Source: an uncultured Anaerolineales bacterium
GTDB taxonomy: Bacteria; Chloroflexota; Anaerolineae; UBA1429
Reading direction: 5' to 3'
NCBI GenBank assembly: GCA_964407215.1
Contig: CAYOUT010000003.1
Span: forward strand, 187,648-251,647
Length of the DNA stretch: 64,000 bases
Position 1 is the first letter of the stretch. Every line of letters starts with the position of its first letter. A program made the translations under genes and the position numbers. Positions 9,659-17,656 of the stretch are shown piece after piece. Under the pieces are notes generated by a model that was not told the DNA's origin, searched no databases, and saw only the letters and a program-made list of their open reading frames with translations.

Positions 9659-9899
9659 GAGGGGTCCTTTCCTGATTATGCTGCTCGCCGCAGCTCGGCC
9701 TACAGCGTGGCATGATGTGTTGCGGGTCGGTGGCGTCTCATGGGCCGCCACCAGATAGGTCAGCACACAGACGCGCTATAGGATCCGTGAAAACGGCGGG
9801 GGTTGATCCTCCACGACGAGGGCATGGATACGAATATGGCCAACCGAGGAGAAAAGCCACCGACCTATTATGCACGAGGGCACTACGGAGTACAAATTG

Positions 9900-9928
9900 G
9901 GTTCCCGAGCCGCTACGCCTCGGGAACC
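9900..9928. repeat. 10-bp perfect inverted repeat (hairpin) between anti-sigma gene and aconitase
   Basis: GGTTCCCGAG-N9-CTCGGGAACC; no strong U-tract. Confidence 0.5.
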
Positions 9929-9942
9929 ATGCGGGGCGGTTT

Positions 9943-10548
9943 TCAGTGAGCGCGACGCCCGAGAGACCAGACTCGTGAGACAGCCTCACTCACGCGGACT
10001 CCCAGCTCACGCCACCCCTGGCTTGCCCGCGTGTCCCATGAGCTGAGACTGAGCAGCAGGCCGAGCCCGGCGCACACTGCGAATAGGCCACTCCAGATGG
10101 CCCAGAGCACTTGGCTATCCCGCAGGTCGTGCAAGGATTCCAGCCATGCGACTGCGGTGCTCACCCAAATCCCCACAGACCCTGCGGCAAAAGTGCTCCA
10201 ACTCTCCGAGAGCAGGCGCGCTGGAGGCAGCATCAAGATGGTTGCCAAGGCGGTGAGCAAGGTCAAAAGAGGCACTAAGACAGACCACGGCAGAGGCTGC
10301 CACGTCTCCTCGGCGGCAGCACGTCGGCTTTTAATAGATCGCATGACTCTGGTGTGCAACTCCGGTGGGACAGACTCCAGAGGCATACCTCGCAATGCAT
10401 CTTCCATCAAGTAGATCTGATAGAGGCGCTGACGGCACTGCGGGCATTGTCGCACGTGGGCTCGCAGGTGTTCATAGCGGGCTGCGGTCGGCTCACCATC
10501 GGCCACAAACTGGAGCAGGCCCTGTTGGATGGCTTCACATGGGGGCAT
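9943..10548 (-). CDS. Zinc-binding anti-sigma factor (zf-HC2) with transmembrane helices
   Basis: Start at MPPCEAIQ (ATG 10548); HVRQCPQC = HxxxCxxC; hydrophobic C-terminal helices; overlaps the end of the ECF sigma gene. Confidence 0.85.
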   Translation of the reverse strand: MPPCEAIQQGLLQFVADGEPTAARYEHLRAHVRQCPQCRQRLYQIYLMEDALRGMPLESVPPELHTRVMRSIKSRRAAAEETWQPLPWSVLVPLLTLLTALATILMLPPARLLSESWSTFAAGSVGIWVSTAVAWLESLHDLRDSQVLWAIWSGLFAVCAGLGLLLSLSSWDTRASQGWRELGVRVSEAVSRVWSLGRRAH

Positions 10549-11149
10549 ACATATCTTCCTTTTCGAGACGCAGTGTTTTGGCCAGAATCTTGCGCGCCCG
10601 GTTGAGGTGGGCCTTGACGGTCCCGATAGGTATGGAAAGCAGCTCAGCGATCTCTCGATAGCCCAGTTGGTACCGATAGAACAATGCGATGACGAGTCGG
10701 TACTTTTCTGGCAATCGTCCGACGGCCGCCCAGATAGCCGCATCCCTCTCGCTACGCATGGCTACGTTGGCGGGATCGGGCTCCCGCGCCGCCAGATAAT
10801 CTAGTGCCTTGTCACTATCCACTACGTTGAGCTGTGCGCGCAGTGTGCGGTGCCTGTTCAGACAAGTGTTCACAGAGATCCGGTAGAGCCAGGTGCTGAA
10901 TTTCGAGTCGCCCCGAAAGGTGGGCAGAGCGCGCCAGACGCGCAAGTAGATCTCTTGCGCAGAGTCCAAGGCCTCATCCCGGTTGCGCAGGATGCCATAG
11001 GCCATGTTGTACACGCTCGTCTGCGTCTTGAGCACAAGCTCGGAAAACGCTATCTCGTCCCCTCGCTGGCAACGCGCCAACAACTCGGGAGAAGGATCGC
11101 TCACAGTGCCAGCCCCCGCCCGCCAATCATCGGGTATGAGAATAACCAC
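10535..11149 (-). CDS. ECF RNA polymerase sigma factor
   Basis: Region 2 (AQEIYLRVWRALPTFRGDSKFSTWLYRISVN) and region 4 (LPEKYRLVIALFYRYQLGYREIAELLSIPIGTVKAHLNRAR). Confidence 0.93.
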   Translation of the reverse strand: MVILIPDDWRAGAGTVSDPSPELLARCQRGDEIAFSELVLKTQTSVYNMAYGILRNRDEALDSAQEIYLRVWRALPTFRGDSKFSTWLYRISVNTCLNRHRTLRAQLNVVDSDKALDYLAAREPDPANVAMRSERDAAIWAAVGRLPEKYRLVIALFYRYQLGYREIAELLSIPIGTVKAHLNRARKILAKTLRLEKEDMYAPM

Positions 11150-11152
11150 ATA

Positions 11153-11626
11153 TTACTCGAACCGTCCCAGGCCTGGATCTTTCTCTATTGGAAGCTCACT
11201 GATCGCCCGAAAGAGATCCTCATGCTCTTTGAGCACGTCGGGCAGCTCTTCGTCCGCCATGGAGCCTGTCAAAGGCGCGTCCTTTTCGGGCACTGCGCTA
11301 GACGTCAGGAAGTAGATCAGGATCATACCCAACCCGACGAACAGCGGGATCAGCCCTCCCAACAGCCACGCGCCCGCTCCCAGAGTGGCCAGCCCCAGCA
11401 GCAGCGCTGCCCCGCTCATCGCGGTAATCACGCCGCCCCACAATACTCCTCGGCTTCCGTGCCGTCGCATGCTCGTGTGGCGGCTCAGATCCTCTAGGGA
11501 ATACCCCAACTGCGCCAGGGCGACGCGCTCTTTGTAAGCGATGTACCGATTCATCGTGATAAAGCCCAACGCCGCGATGAGCAGCAGCATGGGCATCAGG
11601 ACGACGATCACTAGTTCCGGAGTCAT
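11153..11626 (-). CDS. Membrane protein, DUF6249-like, first gene of the ECF operon
   Basis: TM helix followed by RYIAYKERVALAQLG, then two more TM helices (GLIPLFVGLGMILIYFL) and an acidic tail. Confidence 0.65.
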   Translation of the reverse strand: MTPELVIVVLMPMLLLIAALGFITMNRYIAYKERVALAQLGYSLEDLSRHTSMRRHGSRGVLWGGVITAMSGAALLLGLATLGAGAWLLGGLIPLFVGLGMILIYFLTSSAVPEKDAPLTGSMADEELPDVLKEHEDLFRAISELPIEKDPGLGRFE

Positions 11627-11692
11627 CCGGACCTCCTCTTAAGCGCCGATTGGCATCGTTACGTGGCGTATGCAGCACATACTCAACATATG

Positions 11693-11720
11693 AGACACGG
11701 CTCGATAGCCGAGGGTTACA
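11693..11720 (-). promoter_or_regulatory. Candidate ECF-sigma promoter of the DUF6249-sigma-antisigma operon
   Basis: Minus strand TGTAAC-N16-GTGTCT(CA); AAC to TCT spacing matches the sigmaE-type GGAACTT-N16-GTCTAA. Confidence 0.4.
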
Positions 11721-11727
11721 GATCAAC

Positions 11728-14196
11728 CTAGCTGAGCGATTCCTCCAGCAAGTCAAGCGGTACCGGGACCCCGCCATCTATAGGCAGCGCCAACGTGAAC
11801 ACCTCGTGCGCTCGTACGTCGTGGGTCCAGCAACGGTCCAGAGCGGGGGAGGTCAGCGTTATACGCGTCGGTTCACCCGACGCCTCGTACCCTCGCACCA
11901 GCAGGCGGTCTCCATCCTCTGCCAGCTTGACGGTGCTGAGCACGATACTCTCTGGGGCGGCTCGAAGAAGCGATAAAGTGTGCCACGGGCCCTCGTGTGG
12001 TGTGGCGGGAGCCGCTATCAAGGGCTCTTGCAGCTCGTAGCTGCGTCGCCCCGGCGAGACTGCACGCCAATCGCCCGTGTGAGGAATCAGGACGTAACGC
12101 ACCACTTGCTCGCCTTGATCGACGAAATGATATGAAACGCCGGGCACTACCCGTCGTGGATCGTGGAACGCGTAAATCGGGCTGCGAAGCACACTCAACC
12201 GTAGCTCGCCGTCCAACGCATCGTAGCCGTATTTGCTATCGTTCAGCAGGCAGAGGCCGCGGCGGCCGGAAGTGGCTTGGCCGGTGAGGTCCACCCAACC
12301 CTGGCAAGGCTCCTCCTCCCCGTTGGCCTGTCGCGACACCCAGCCGTAAGGCGCCGATGAGGCTACGACGCCCCCCGAGATGGCCAGCGGAAAGGCCAGC
12401 TTGAGCATCTTGAACTGCTCGTGCCAATCTACCGTCATAGTGACCTCGATGGCTGCTGATCCTGTACGTAGAGCGTACTCTTGCACGATGCTCGATGATC
12501 CCCACGTGCTGCGCACCCTCAACGCTGCTCCAGTGGGGCCGTTGTGGAGGAGTTCCGCTGGGCTTACAGACTGGAAGGAGCCGAGCACATCTCGGAAATT
12601 GACTATATCATGGCTCCAGGTATCGCTGTCGTCGTGGATTACTAGCGGCAGGCAGGCCGGGCCGGAGAGCAATTCCTCGTGTCGCTGCAAATCACGGATG
12701 CTCGCCAGCGCGCCCGTCTCGGGATCCACACGTAGGCGATAGTACTCGTTCTCGATGGTGTCAGCGAACACTGTCGGCGGCTCTTCTGCTGGCGGATCCG
12801 TCTCGGGGATCGAGACGTACAATGGGCAGGCTCCGAGCGCTGGCACCGTCACCAGGGCCTCGACGTGTGCGATGTATGTGTTGAGATCCAGCTCTACGTC
12901 TAGCAACTGGCAAGGCACCAGGTTGCCATCCGTATCCTCGATGCGCGGTGTGCCCGGATAGCGCTCTCCGCGAAAATCGTGGCGCCAACCGCCCATGGGT
13001 AGTGCCAACCGCACCGTATCGGTGCGTTCCCAGGGAAGAGTGTTCCACACCAGCACGGGGTGGTCGCGATCCAATACCTCAACCTTGGCCGCCAATGCGG
13101 TGAGAGCTTGGTTTTGTACCGAGATGGCTAAGGCTCTTGCGCGCTCATAGTCCTCCCAGGCTTCGTCGTACGACTCCCGGATGGACGTCCCGGCCATGAT
13201 GTCGTGGAACTGGTTGAACAGTACCTCCTCCCAGGCCTTTTGAAGCTGCGGCTGGGCGCTCGGTGTATCGCACAGCAGGGTGGCCCACGACGCCAGCCTC
13301 TCCGCCTGCATGAGGCCGTGCTCTGCGTAGCGGTTCTCTTGCTTCACTCGCGATAGGGCTGTGTAACACCCTCGCGCGTGGTGCTGCAGTTCGTCGTGCA
13401 ACACCGGCCAATCGCTGGACAGTTGCCGCACACGATCAAAATAGGCATCCGGCGAGGAGAATACAGGGATCGCCCCGACATCCGCGTCCAGGGTGTCGAC
13501 GAGAGCCTGTACATTGCGCCGCGTGGGCCCTCCGCCATGGTTGCCTACGCCGTAGAAACACATCACCATCGGCAAGCCCTCAGGCGCTTCGTCGGCCGCG
13601 GCGCGCATCCGCTCTAACACATCGGCATTGTCCGGGCTGCCATAGTGTAGCGGCGGGCGGCAAGCCAACACTCTCGCGCCTCCCGGCGCTTCCCACCAGA
13701 AGGGGCGATTCGGCAGGTCTTTCTCGTGGGGGCCTGGCCTAAAGAAAACATAGTGTTCTAGCCCCGCTAGCTTGAGGAGTTGTGGCAGCGTCCCCGCGTG
13801 CCCAAAGGAATCCACATTGTAGCCGACGCGTGCGCGCCGCCCAAAGTGCTCTTGTAGGAAGCGCTGTCCGTACAGGCCGTGGCGCGCAAAAGACTCTCCA
13901 CTGGGGATATTGCAGTCGGGCTGTAGCCACCAGCCGTTCACGAGCACCCAACGTCCCTCTGCCACGGCCTGTTGGATGGCGGCGTACAACTCCGGATCAT
14001 CTTCTTGCACCCAGCGGTAAGTGACAGCTCCACCGCTTGTGAAAACGTAAGCGTCGAACTCTCGAATCAGAGCGATGGCGGTGTGATAGGTGGATTGTAC
14101 CTCGGCGCGTCCCTCGCTGAGGGGCCATAGCCATACGGGGTCGATGTGAGCGTTGCCAACCATATGCACGGTGACTCGGTCCGGTCGTTCCGTCAT
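11728..14196 (-). CDS. GH38 alpha-mannosidase family glycoside hydrolase
   Basis: GNAHIDPVW (Zn ligands), NVDSFGH (nucleophile Asp), YGVGNHGGGPT, NQFHDIMAGTS; RBS GGAGGA before ATG 14196. Confidence 0.92.
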   Translation of the reverse strand: MTERPDRVTVHMVGNAHIDPVWLWPLSEGRAEVQSTYHTAIALIREFDAYVFTSGGAVTYRWVQEDDPELYAAIQQAVAEGRWVLVNGWWLQPDCNIPSGESFARHGLYGQRFLQEHFGRRARVGYNVDSFGHAGTLPQLLKLAGLEHYVFFRPGPHEKDLPNRPFWWEAPGGARVLACRPPLHYGSPDNADVLERMRAAADEAPEGLPMVMCFYGVGNHGGGPTRRNVQALVDTLDADVGAIPVFSSPDAYFDRVRQLSSDWPVLHDELQHHARGCYTALSRVKQENRYAEHGLMQAERLASWATLLCDTPSAQPQLQKAWEEVLFNQFHDIMAGTSIRESYDEAWEDYERARALAISVQNQALTALAAKVEVLDRDHPVLVWNTLPWERTDTVRLALPMGGWRHDFRGERYPGTPRIEDTDGNLVPCQLLDVELDLNTYIAHVEALVTVPALGACPLYVSIPETDPPAEEPPTVFADTIENEYYRLRVDPETGALASIRDLQRHEELLSGPACLPLVIHDDSDTWSHDIVNFRDVLGSFQSVSPAELLHNGPTGAALRVRSTWGSSSIVQEYALRTGSAAIEVTMTVDWHEQFKMLKLAFPLAISGGVVASSAPYGWVSRQANGEEEPCQGWVDLTGQATSGRRGLCLLNDSKYGYDALDGELRLSVLRSPIYAFHDPRRVVPGVSYHFVDQGEQVVRYVLIPHTGDWRAVSPGRRSYELQEPLIAAPATPHEGPWHTLSLLRAAPESIVLSTVKLAEDGDRLLVRGYEASGEPTRITLTSPALDRCWTHDVRAHEVFTLALPIDGGVPVPLDLLEESLS

Positions 14197-14281
14197 CTCT
14201 ACTGAATCCTCCATAGCACATGATGCGAATCATGGTGTCGAGGTCTAATACCTGAGGCTATTATACTTGATCACACTATCC

Positions 14282-14311
14282 TTGACACCTACAGGATGCT
14301 CAAAGTAGAAT
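14282..14311 (+). promoter_or_regulatory. Sigma70-type promoter for the RraA-family gene, back-to-back with a minus-strand TATAAT (14260-14265) for the GH38 gene
   Basis: TTGACA-N18-TAGAAT on +; ATTATA at 14260-14265 reads TATAAT on -. Confidence 0.6.
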
Positions 14312-14379
14312 CGCAGTGTTCTCGTCTTGTGCAGACTAGAACCACAGTGCGCGGCAACCACTCTAACCGGAGGACGGGC

Positions 14380-15087
14380 ATGTCGGAGAGCGAAAAAGAC
14401 TATTCGGTACTCGAATTGCAGGCTCGCTGGGACAAGATCCGTGTGGCCAACATCTATGACACGTTAGATAAAATGGGTTACAGCAATCAGTGTCTTGACC
14501 TGGGCATCCGCCCCCTTTTGCCGCATCAGCATCTGGCGGGGAAAGCAGTCACTGTCTCCGGCAGCCGCGACCCACGCACCAACGAGGAGATTCAGGCCCA
14601 GCAGGGCGAACCCGGCTTTGCCAGCCTGCAGGAACTGTTGTTCCCCGGCGCTGTGGTGGTGGTGGAGGGCGGGGGCGAGCCGTGGACTGGCAAGTTCGGC
14701 GAGATGACGAGCTGGCACCTCAAACAGGGAGGCGCCAAAGGGATCGTCATCGATGGCCATATCCGCGACTATCTCGGGCTCATCGAGATTCCAGATTACA
14801 CCGTCTGTGTGCGTGGCACTTCACCTGTCGAATCGTACCGTCGCTGGCGCATCCACCGCACCAACAAAGTCATCGCTCTGCCGGGAACCCTCACCAGCCA
14901 GGTGCGTGTAGCGCCCGGCGACTGGATCGTCGGTGAGGCCGACGGTGTCATAGTGATTCCCCAAGAGATATCCATGGAGGCCTTGATCAAAGCGGAAGAG
15001 ATAGAGAGGAAGGAAGAGGCAACTCGGCGCGATCTGGCTGCGGGTGTGCCCTTTGACGAGGTGTTCAGGCGTTACGGTAGGGCTTGA
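14380..15087 (+). CDS. RraA family protein / 4-hydroxy-4-methyl-2-oxoglutarate-type aldolase
   Basis: ANIYDTL, GEMTSW..KQGGAKGIVIDGHIRD, GDWIVGEADGVIVIP; RBS GGAGG before ATG 14380. Confidence 0.85.
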   Translation: MSESEKDYSVLELQARWDKIRVANIYDTLDKMGYSNQCLDLGIRPLLPHQHLAGKAVTVSGSRDPRTNEEIQAQQGEPGFASLQELLFPGAVVVVEGGGEPWTGKFGEMTSWHLKQGGAKGIVIDGHIRDYLGLIEIPDYTVCVRGTSPVESYRRWRIHRTNKVIALPGTLTSQVRVAPGDWIVGEADGVIVIPQEISMEALIKAEEIERKEEATRRDLAAGVPFDEVFRRYGRA

Positions 15088-15101
15088 CCCGTGAAAAGCA
15101 G

Positions 15102-15127
15102 AGGGCGGCTCTCGCGAGAGTCGCCCT
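15102..15127. terminator. Bidirectional terminator-like hairpin between convergent genes
   Basis: AGGGCGGCTCT-CGCG-AGAGTCGCCCT, flanked by AAAA upstream and TTGTATT downstream. Confidence 0.65.
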
Positions 15128-15184
15128 TGTATTCTGGCCCTATACCATTTGTATGTATCGATAGCGGGCTTGTGGCGCTGCGTT

Positions 15185-15442
15185 CTAACGCTCCTTGGTG
15201 CCGCATTCGGGCGCCAACAAGCTGTCCAGCAACGGCTGGAGTCCCGCTTGCCAACGAGCCCAATGCGTGGGTATCTCTTTGGGCTCGACGAGTTGAAAGA
15301 TCATTTCACCATCGGCGGGACGGCTGACGGGGAAAGGCACTCTTCCCGTGTAGCGATGGATCCAGTAGCAGACTCCCGCGATGAAGGCGATGGGTCCCAG
15401 CAATCCAAGAAGCACTCCTTTAACGAACTTGGCCACCTTCAA
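15185..15442 (-). CDS. Small single-TM hypothetical protein (85 aa), paralog of 15420-15635
   Basis: TTG start with GGGGG RBS; hydrophobic helix then YWIHRYTGRVPFP; overlaps the upstream small ORF. Confidence 0.65.
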   Translation of the reverse strand: MKVAKFVKGVLLGLLGPIAFIAGVCYWIHRYTGRVPFPVSRPADGEMIFQLVEPKEIPTHWARWQAGLQPLLDSLLAPECGTKER

Positions 15443-15635
15443 TCGCCCCCTCTATTCTGCTGACGAGCCTATCCACCTGTGCAGCCGCTTCGCCCACCTC
15501 CACCAAGACCCCTTTTGACAAGCATGGAATTACTACTTTCCCGGTGGACATATAGAGCCACAAGAAGGCCACCGGAAAGGCCAGGATGTTAGCCCCCGCC
15601 CACACGCCTGAGAGGAACCGTAATAGTTTGATCAT
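15420..15635 (-). CDS. Small single-TM hypothetical protein (71 aa)
   Basis: ATG 15635 preceded by GGAGG; MIKLLRFLSGVWAGANILAFPVAFLWLYMSTGKVVIP...; this is the C-terminal part of track ORF 15420..15998. Confidence 0.65.
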   Translation of the reverse strand: MIKLLRFLSGVWAGANILAFPVAFLWLYMSTGKVVIPCLSKGVLVEVGEAAAQVDRLVSRIEGAIEGGQVR

Positions 15636-16103
15636 ACGCCGCCTCCTGCCCCGGTTTGTATGTCCTCCAACTGACGGATAACTGATGAACGGTGCACTTT
15701 TCGCCCCTCGGGCGCGCCCTCCGCGATTGCGCTCATACCCGCCGGGATGTGCACGCCAAAGAACAGCTCGCTCGCCCCCGACAGGAAGAAGTCTTGTTGG
15801 CCTCAGCACCTTGTTAGCACCAAGGACGACATACTGCCGCTCATCAAAGCGTCGCGTGGATGTCAGAGCGAGTTCATCCGCCCCCGCTATCCATGTCAGA
15901 GCGTTATTCGTGTGAGCGCCTACACTGCTGATCGGTGTTGCATATTGCAGCACCGGTTGCGACGATCGCATCTTAACATGGCGCGGTGGGGCGGTCAAGC
16001 AGAGGGGAGGCTGTCATCGTGCCGGCCTTGCGGCTCGAACGCGGTTGCGCTAGGATGGTGTTCGTGAGATGACACGAATCATATCACCCCGGGAGTCAAT
16101 GCC

Positions 16104-17372
16104 ATGCCCGACCGTACCGAGATCGCGGATCTTCTCGTCAGGACCGAATCCTACCTAGTGGACGTGCTGCTGCCCTTCTGGATCGAGCGCTCGCCGGACC
16201 GCAAGATGGGCGGGTTCCTCACCTATTTCGATCGGCAAGGGTCCCCGACGGGCGAGACCACCAAAACCTTCCTGATGCAAATCCGGATGCTCTTCACCAT
16301 GGCCAGCGCCCACCGAGCGGGCTATGGCGGTGGGCGCTGTGCCGAACTCTCTGACATGGGGGCGGGTTTTGTTCTGGAGCATTATTGGGATCGCGAATAC
16401 GAGGGTTGGCTCTGGATCGCCGATCGCTATGGCCGCATAACCAACGCCAGCAAAGTGGGATATGGGCAGTGTTTCGGCGTCTATGCCTTTAGCGAATATG
16501 CCCTCGCTACGGGGGATTCGCGTGGCCGCGAGGCGGCGGAGCGAACCTACGCTGCGATAGCGAAACACATGGCCGACACGCGTTACGGCGGCTATCTGGA
16601 GATCATGCGCCCCGACTGGCAACCCGAACGCCCGGGCAGATACGGCGGCGATCGCAAGAGCTTTGATGTGCATATGCACATGATGGAGGCACTTACCACC
16701 CTGTACGAGTTGACCGGCAGCGCCACGCATCGCCGGCGCCTGCTGGAGGTCATCGATCTGCTTATCTATCGCATGCTGGAGCCGGAGGGGCGCGGCGGAT
16801 ATATGCAGTTTGGGCTCGATTTTCAACCCCTGCCGGCTATTCTCTTTGAGGTGGAGTGGGGCAGCGATGAGGAGCCGGTGGGCGGAGTCGCGCATCCGTT
16901 GGATCTGACATCCTACGGGCACAATATCGAGTTCGTCTGGTTGCTGCTGCACGCCGCCGACATACTGGGGATTCCTCGCACAAACTATGCGGAGATCGTG
17001 CGCAGGATCAGCGATCAATGCGTGCAATATGGTATCGACTGGGAATTCGGCGGTGTGTACGTCGATGGCCCCTTTGAGGGGATGGCGTCGAACCAGCACA
17101 AGCAATTCTGGCAGCACGCGGAGGTGCTGGTGGGAATGTTGGACGCCTACGCTCTGCTGGGGGATGAGCGATACTGGCAGGCGTTTCGCAATGTGTACGA
17201 TTTCGTCATGACCCGATTCATCAACCTGCCCGCGGGCGGCGAGTGGTATGCCCTGCTGGACCGTCAGGGCACCCCAGTGTGGGACTACTTGGGTCATGCG
17301 TGGAAGATCAGCTACCATACCGTGCGCTCCATGGTACAGGTGATCGCGCGCCTGCGAGCCCTGCTACAATGA
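16104..17372 (+). CDS. AGE family epimerase/isomerase (N-acylglucosamine 2-epimerase / cellobiose 2-epimerase-like)
   Basis: LLPFW, MQIRMLF (Arg), DVHMHMMEA, TSYGHNIEFVWLL, FWQHAE, WKISYHTVR: the conserved His/Glu/Arg set of the (alpha/alpha)6 AGE family. Confidence 0.9.
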   Translation: MPDRTEIADLLVRTESYLVDVLLPFWIERSPDRKMGGFLTYFDRQGSPTGETTKTFLMQIRMLFTMASAHRAGYGGGRCAELSDMGAGFVLEHYWDREYEGWLWIADRYGRITNASKVGYGQCFGVYAFSEYALATGDSRGREAAERTYAAIAKHMADTRYGGYLEIMRPDWQPERPGRYGGDRKSFDVHMHMMEALTTLYELTGSATHRRRLLEVIDLLIYRMLEPEGRGGYMQFGLDFQPLPAILFEVEWGSDEEPVGGVAHPLDLTSYGHNIEFVWLLLHAADILGIPRTNYAEIVRRISDQCVQYGIDWEFGGVYVDGPFEGMASNQHKQFWQHAEVLVGMLDAYALLGDERYWQAFRNVYDFVMTRFINLPAGGEWYALLDRQGTPVWDYLGHAWKISYHTVRSMVQVIARLRALLQ

Positions 17373-17403
17373 GATTGCGATACTATGACGACGCACATAA
17401 AAG

Positions 17404-17432
17404 TTGACACCGCGTCTTCACGCCCTTATAAT
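17404..17432 (+). promoter_or_regulatory. Consensus sigma70 promoter driving the FMN riboswitch leader
   Basis: Perfect TTGACA-N17-TATAAT about 20 nt upstream of the aptamer. Confidence 0.85.
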
Positions 17433-17453
17433 AGGCTCAACTGAATACGAACA

Positions 17454-17590
17454 GCCTTCGGGGCAGGGTGAGACATCATGTCAATTCCCGATCGGCGGTA
17501 TGGCAGAGCATCTCTGCCGAGCCCGCGAGCCAGTATTGGCAGATCCGGTGCAAAGCCGGAGCCGACGGTACAGTCCGGATGAGAGAAGGC
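17454..17590 (+). ncRNA. FMN riboswitch (RFN element)
   Basis: GCCTTCGGGGCAGGGTGA...ATTCCCGATCGGCGGTA...AGCCCGCGAGCC...GATCCGGTGCAAAGCCGGAGCCGACGGTACAGTCCGGATGAGAGAAGGC matches the RFN consensus; P1 GCCTTC/GAAGGC. Confidence 0.95.
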
Positions 17591-17623
17591 ACAGCGTCTA
17601 TCAAGGCGAATTGTGAGTGTGCG

Positions 17624-17654
17624 AGCCCCGTTGCTGTTCAGTAACGGGGTTTTT
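17624..17654 (+). terminator. Intrinsic terminator of the FMN riboswitch expression platform
   Basis: CCCCGTTGC-TGTTCA-GTAACGGGG followed by TTTTT. Confidence 0.85.
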
Positions 17655-17656
17655 CT

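Noticed and set aside
7053-9713. Long plus-strand ORFs 7053..7682, 8112..8708 and 9042..9713
   Set aside because: Antisense shadows of icd and aconitase; no motifs or RBS, expected in high-GC DNA.
15420-15998. 192-aa ORF as a single protein
   Set aside because: The N-terminal 121 aa are low-information and cross a regulatory region; a strong GGAGG RBS at the internal ATG 15635 and similarity to the neighbouring microprotein define the real gene.
16155-17318. 387-aa antisense ORF
   Set aside because: Exact antisense of the AGE epimerase with no recognisable family; a codon-bias shadow.
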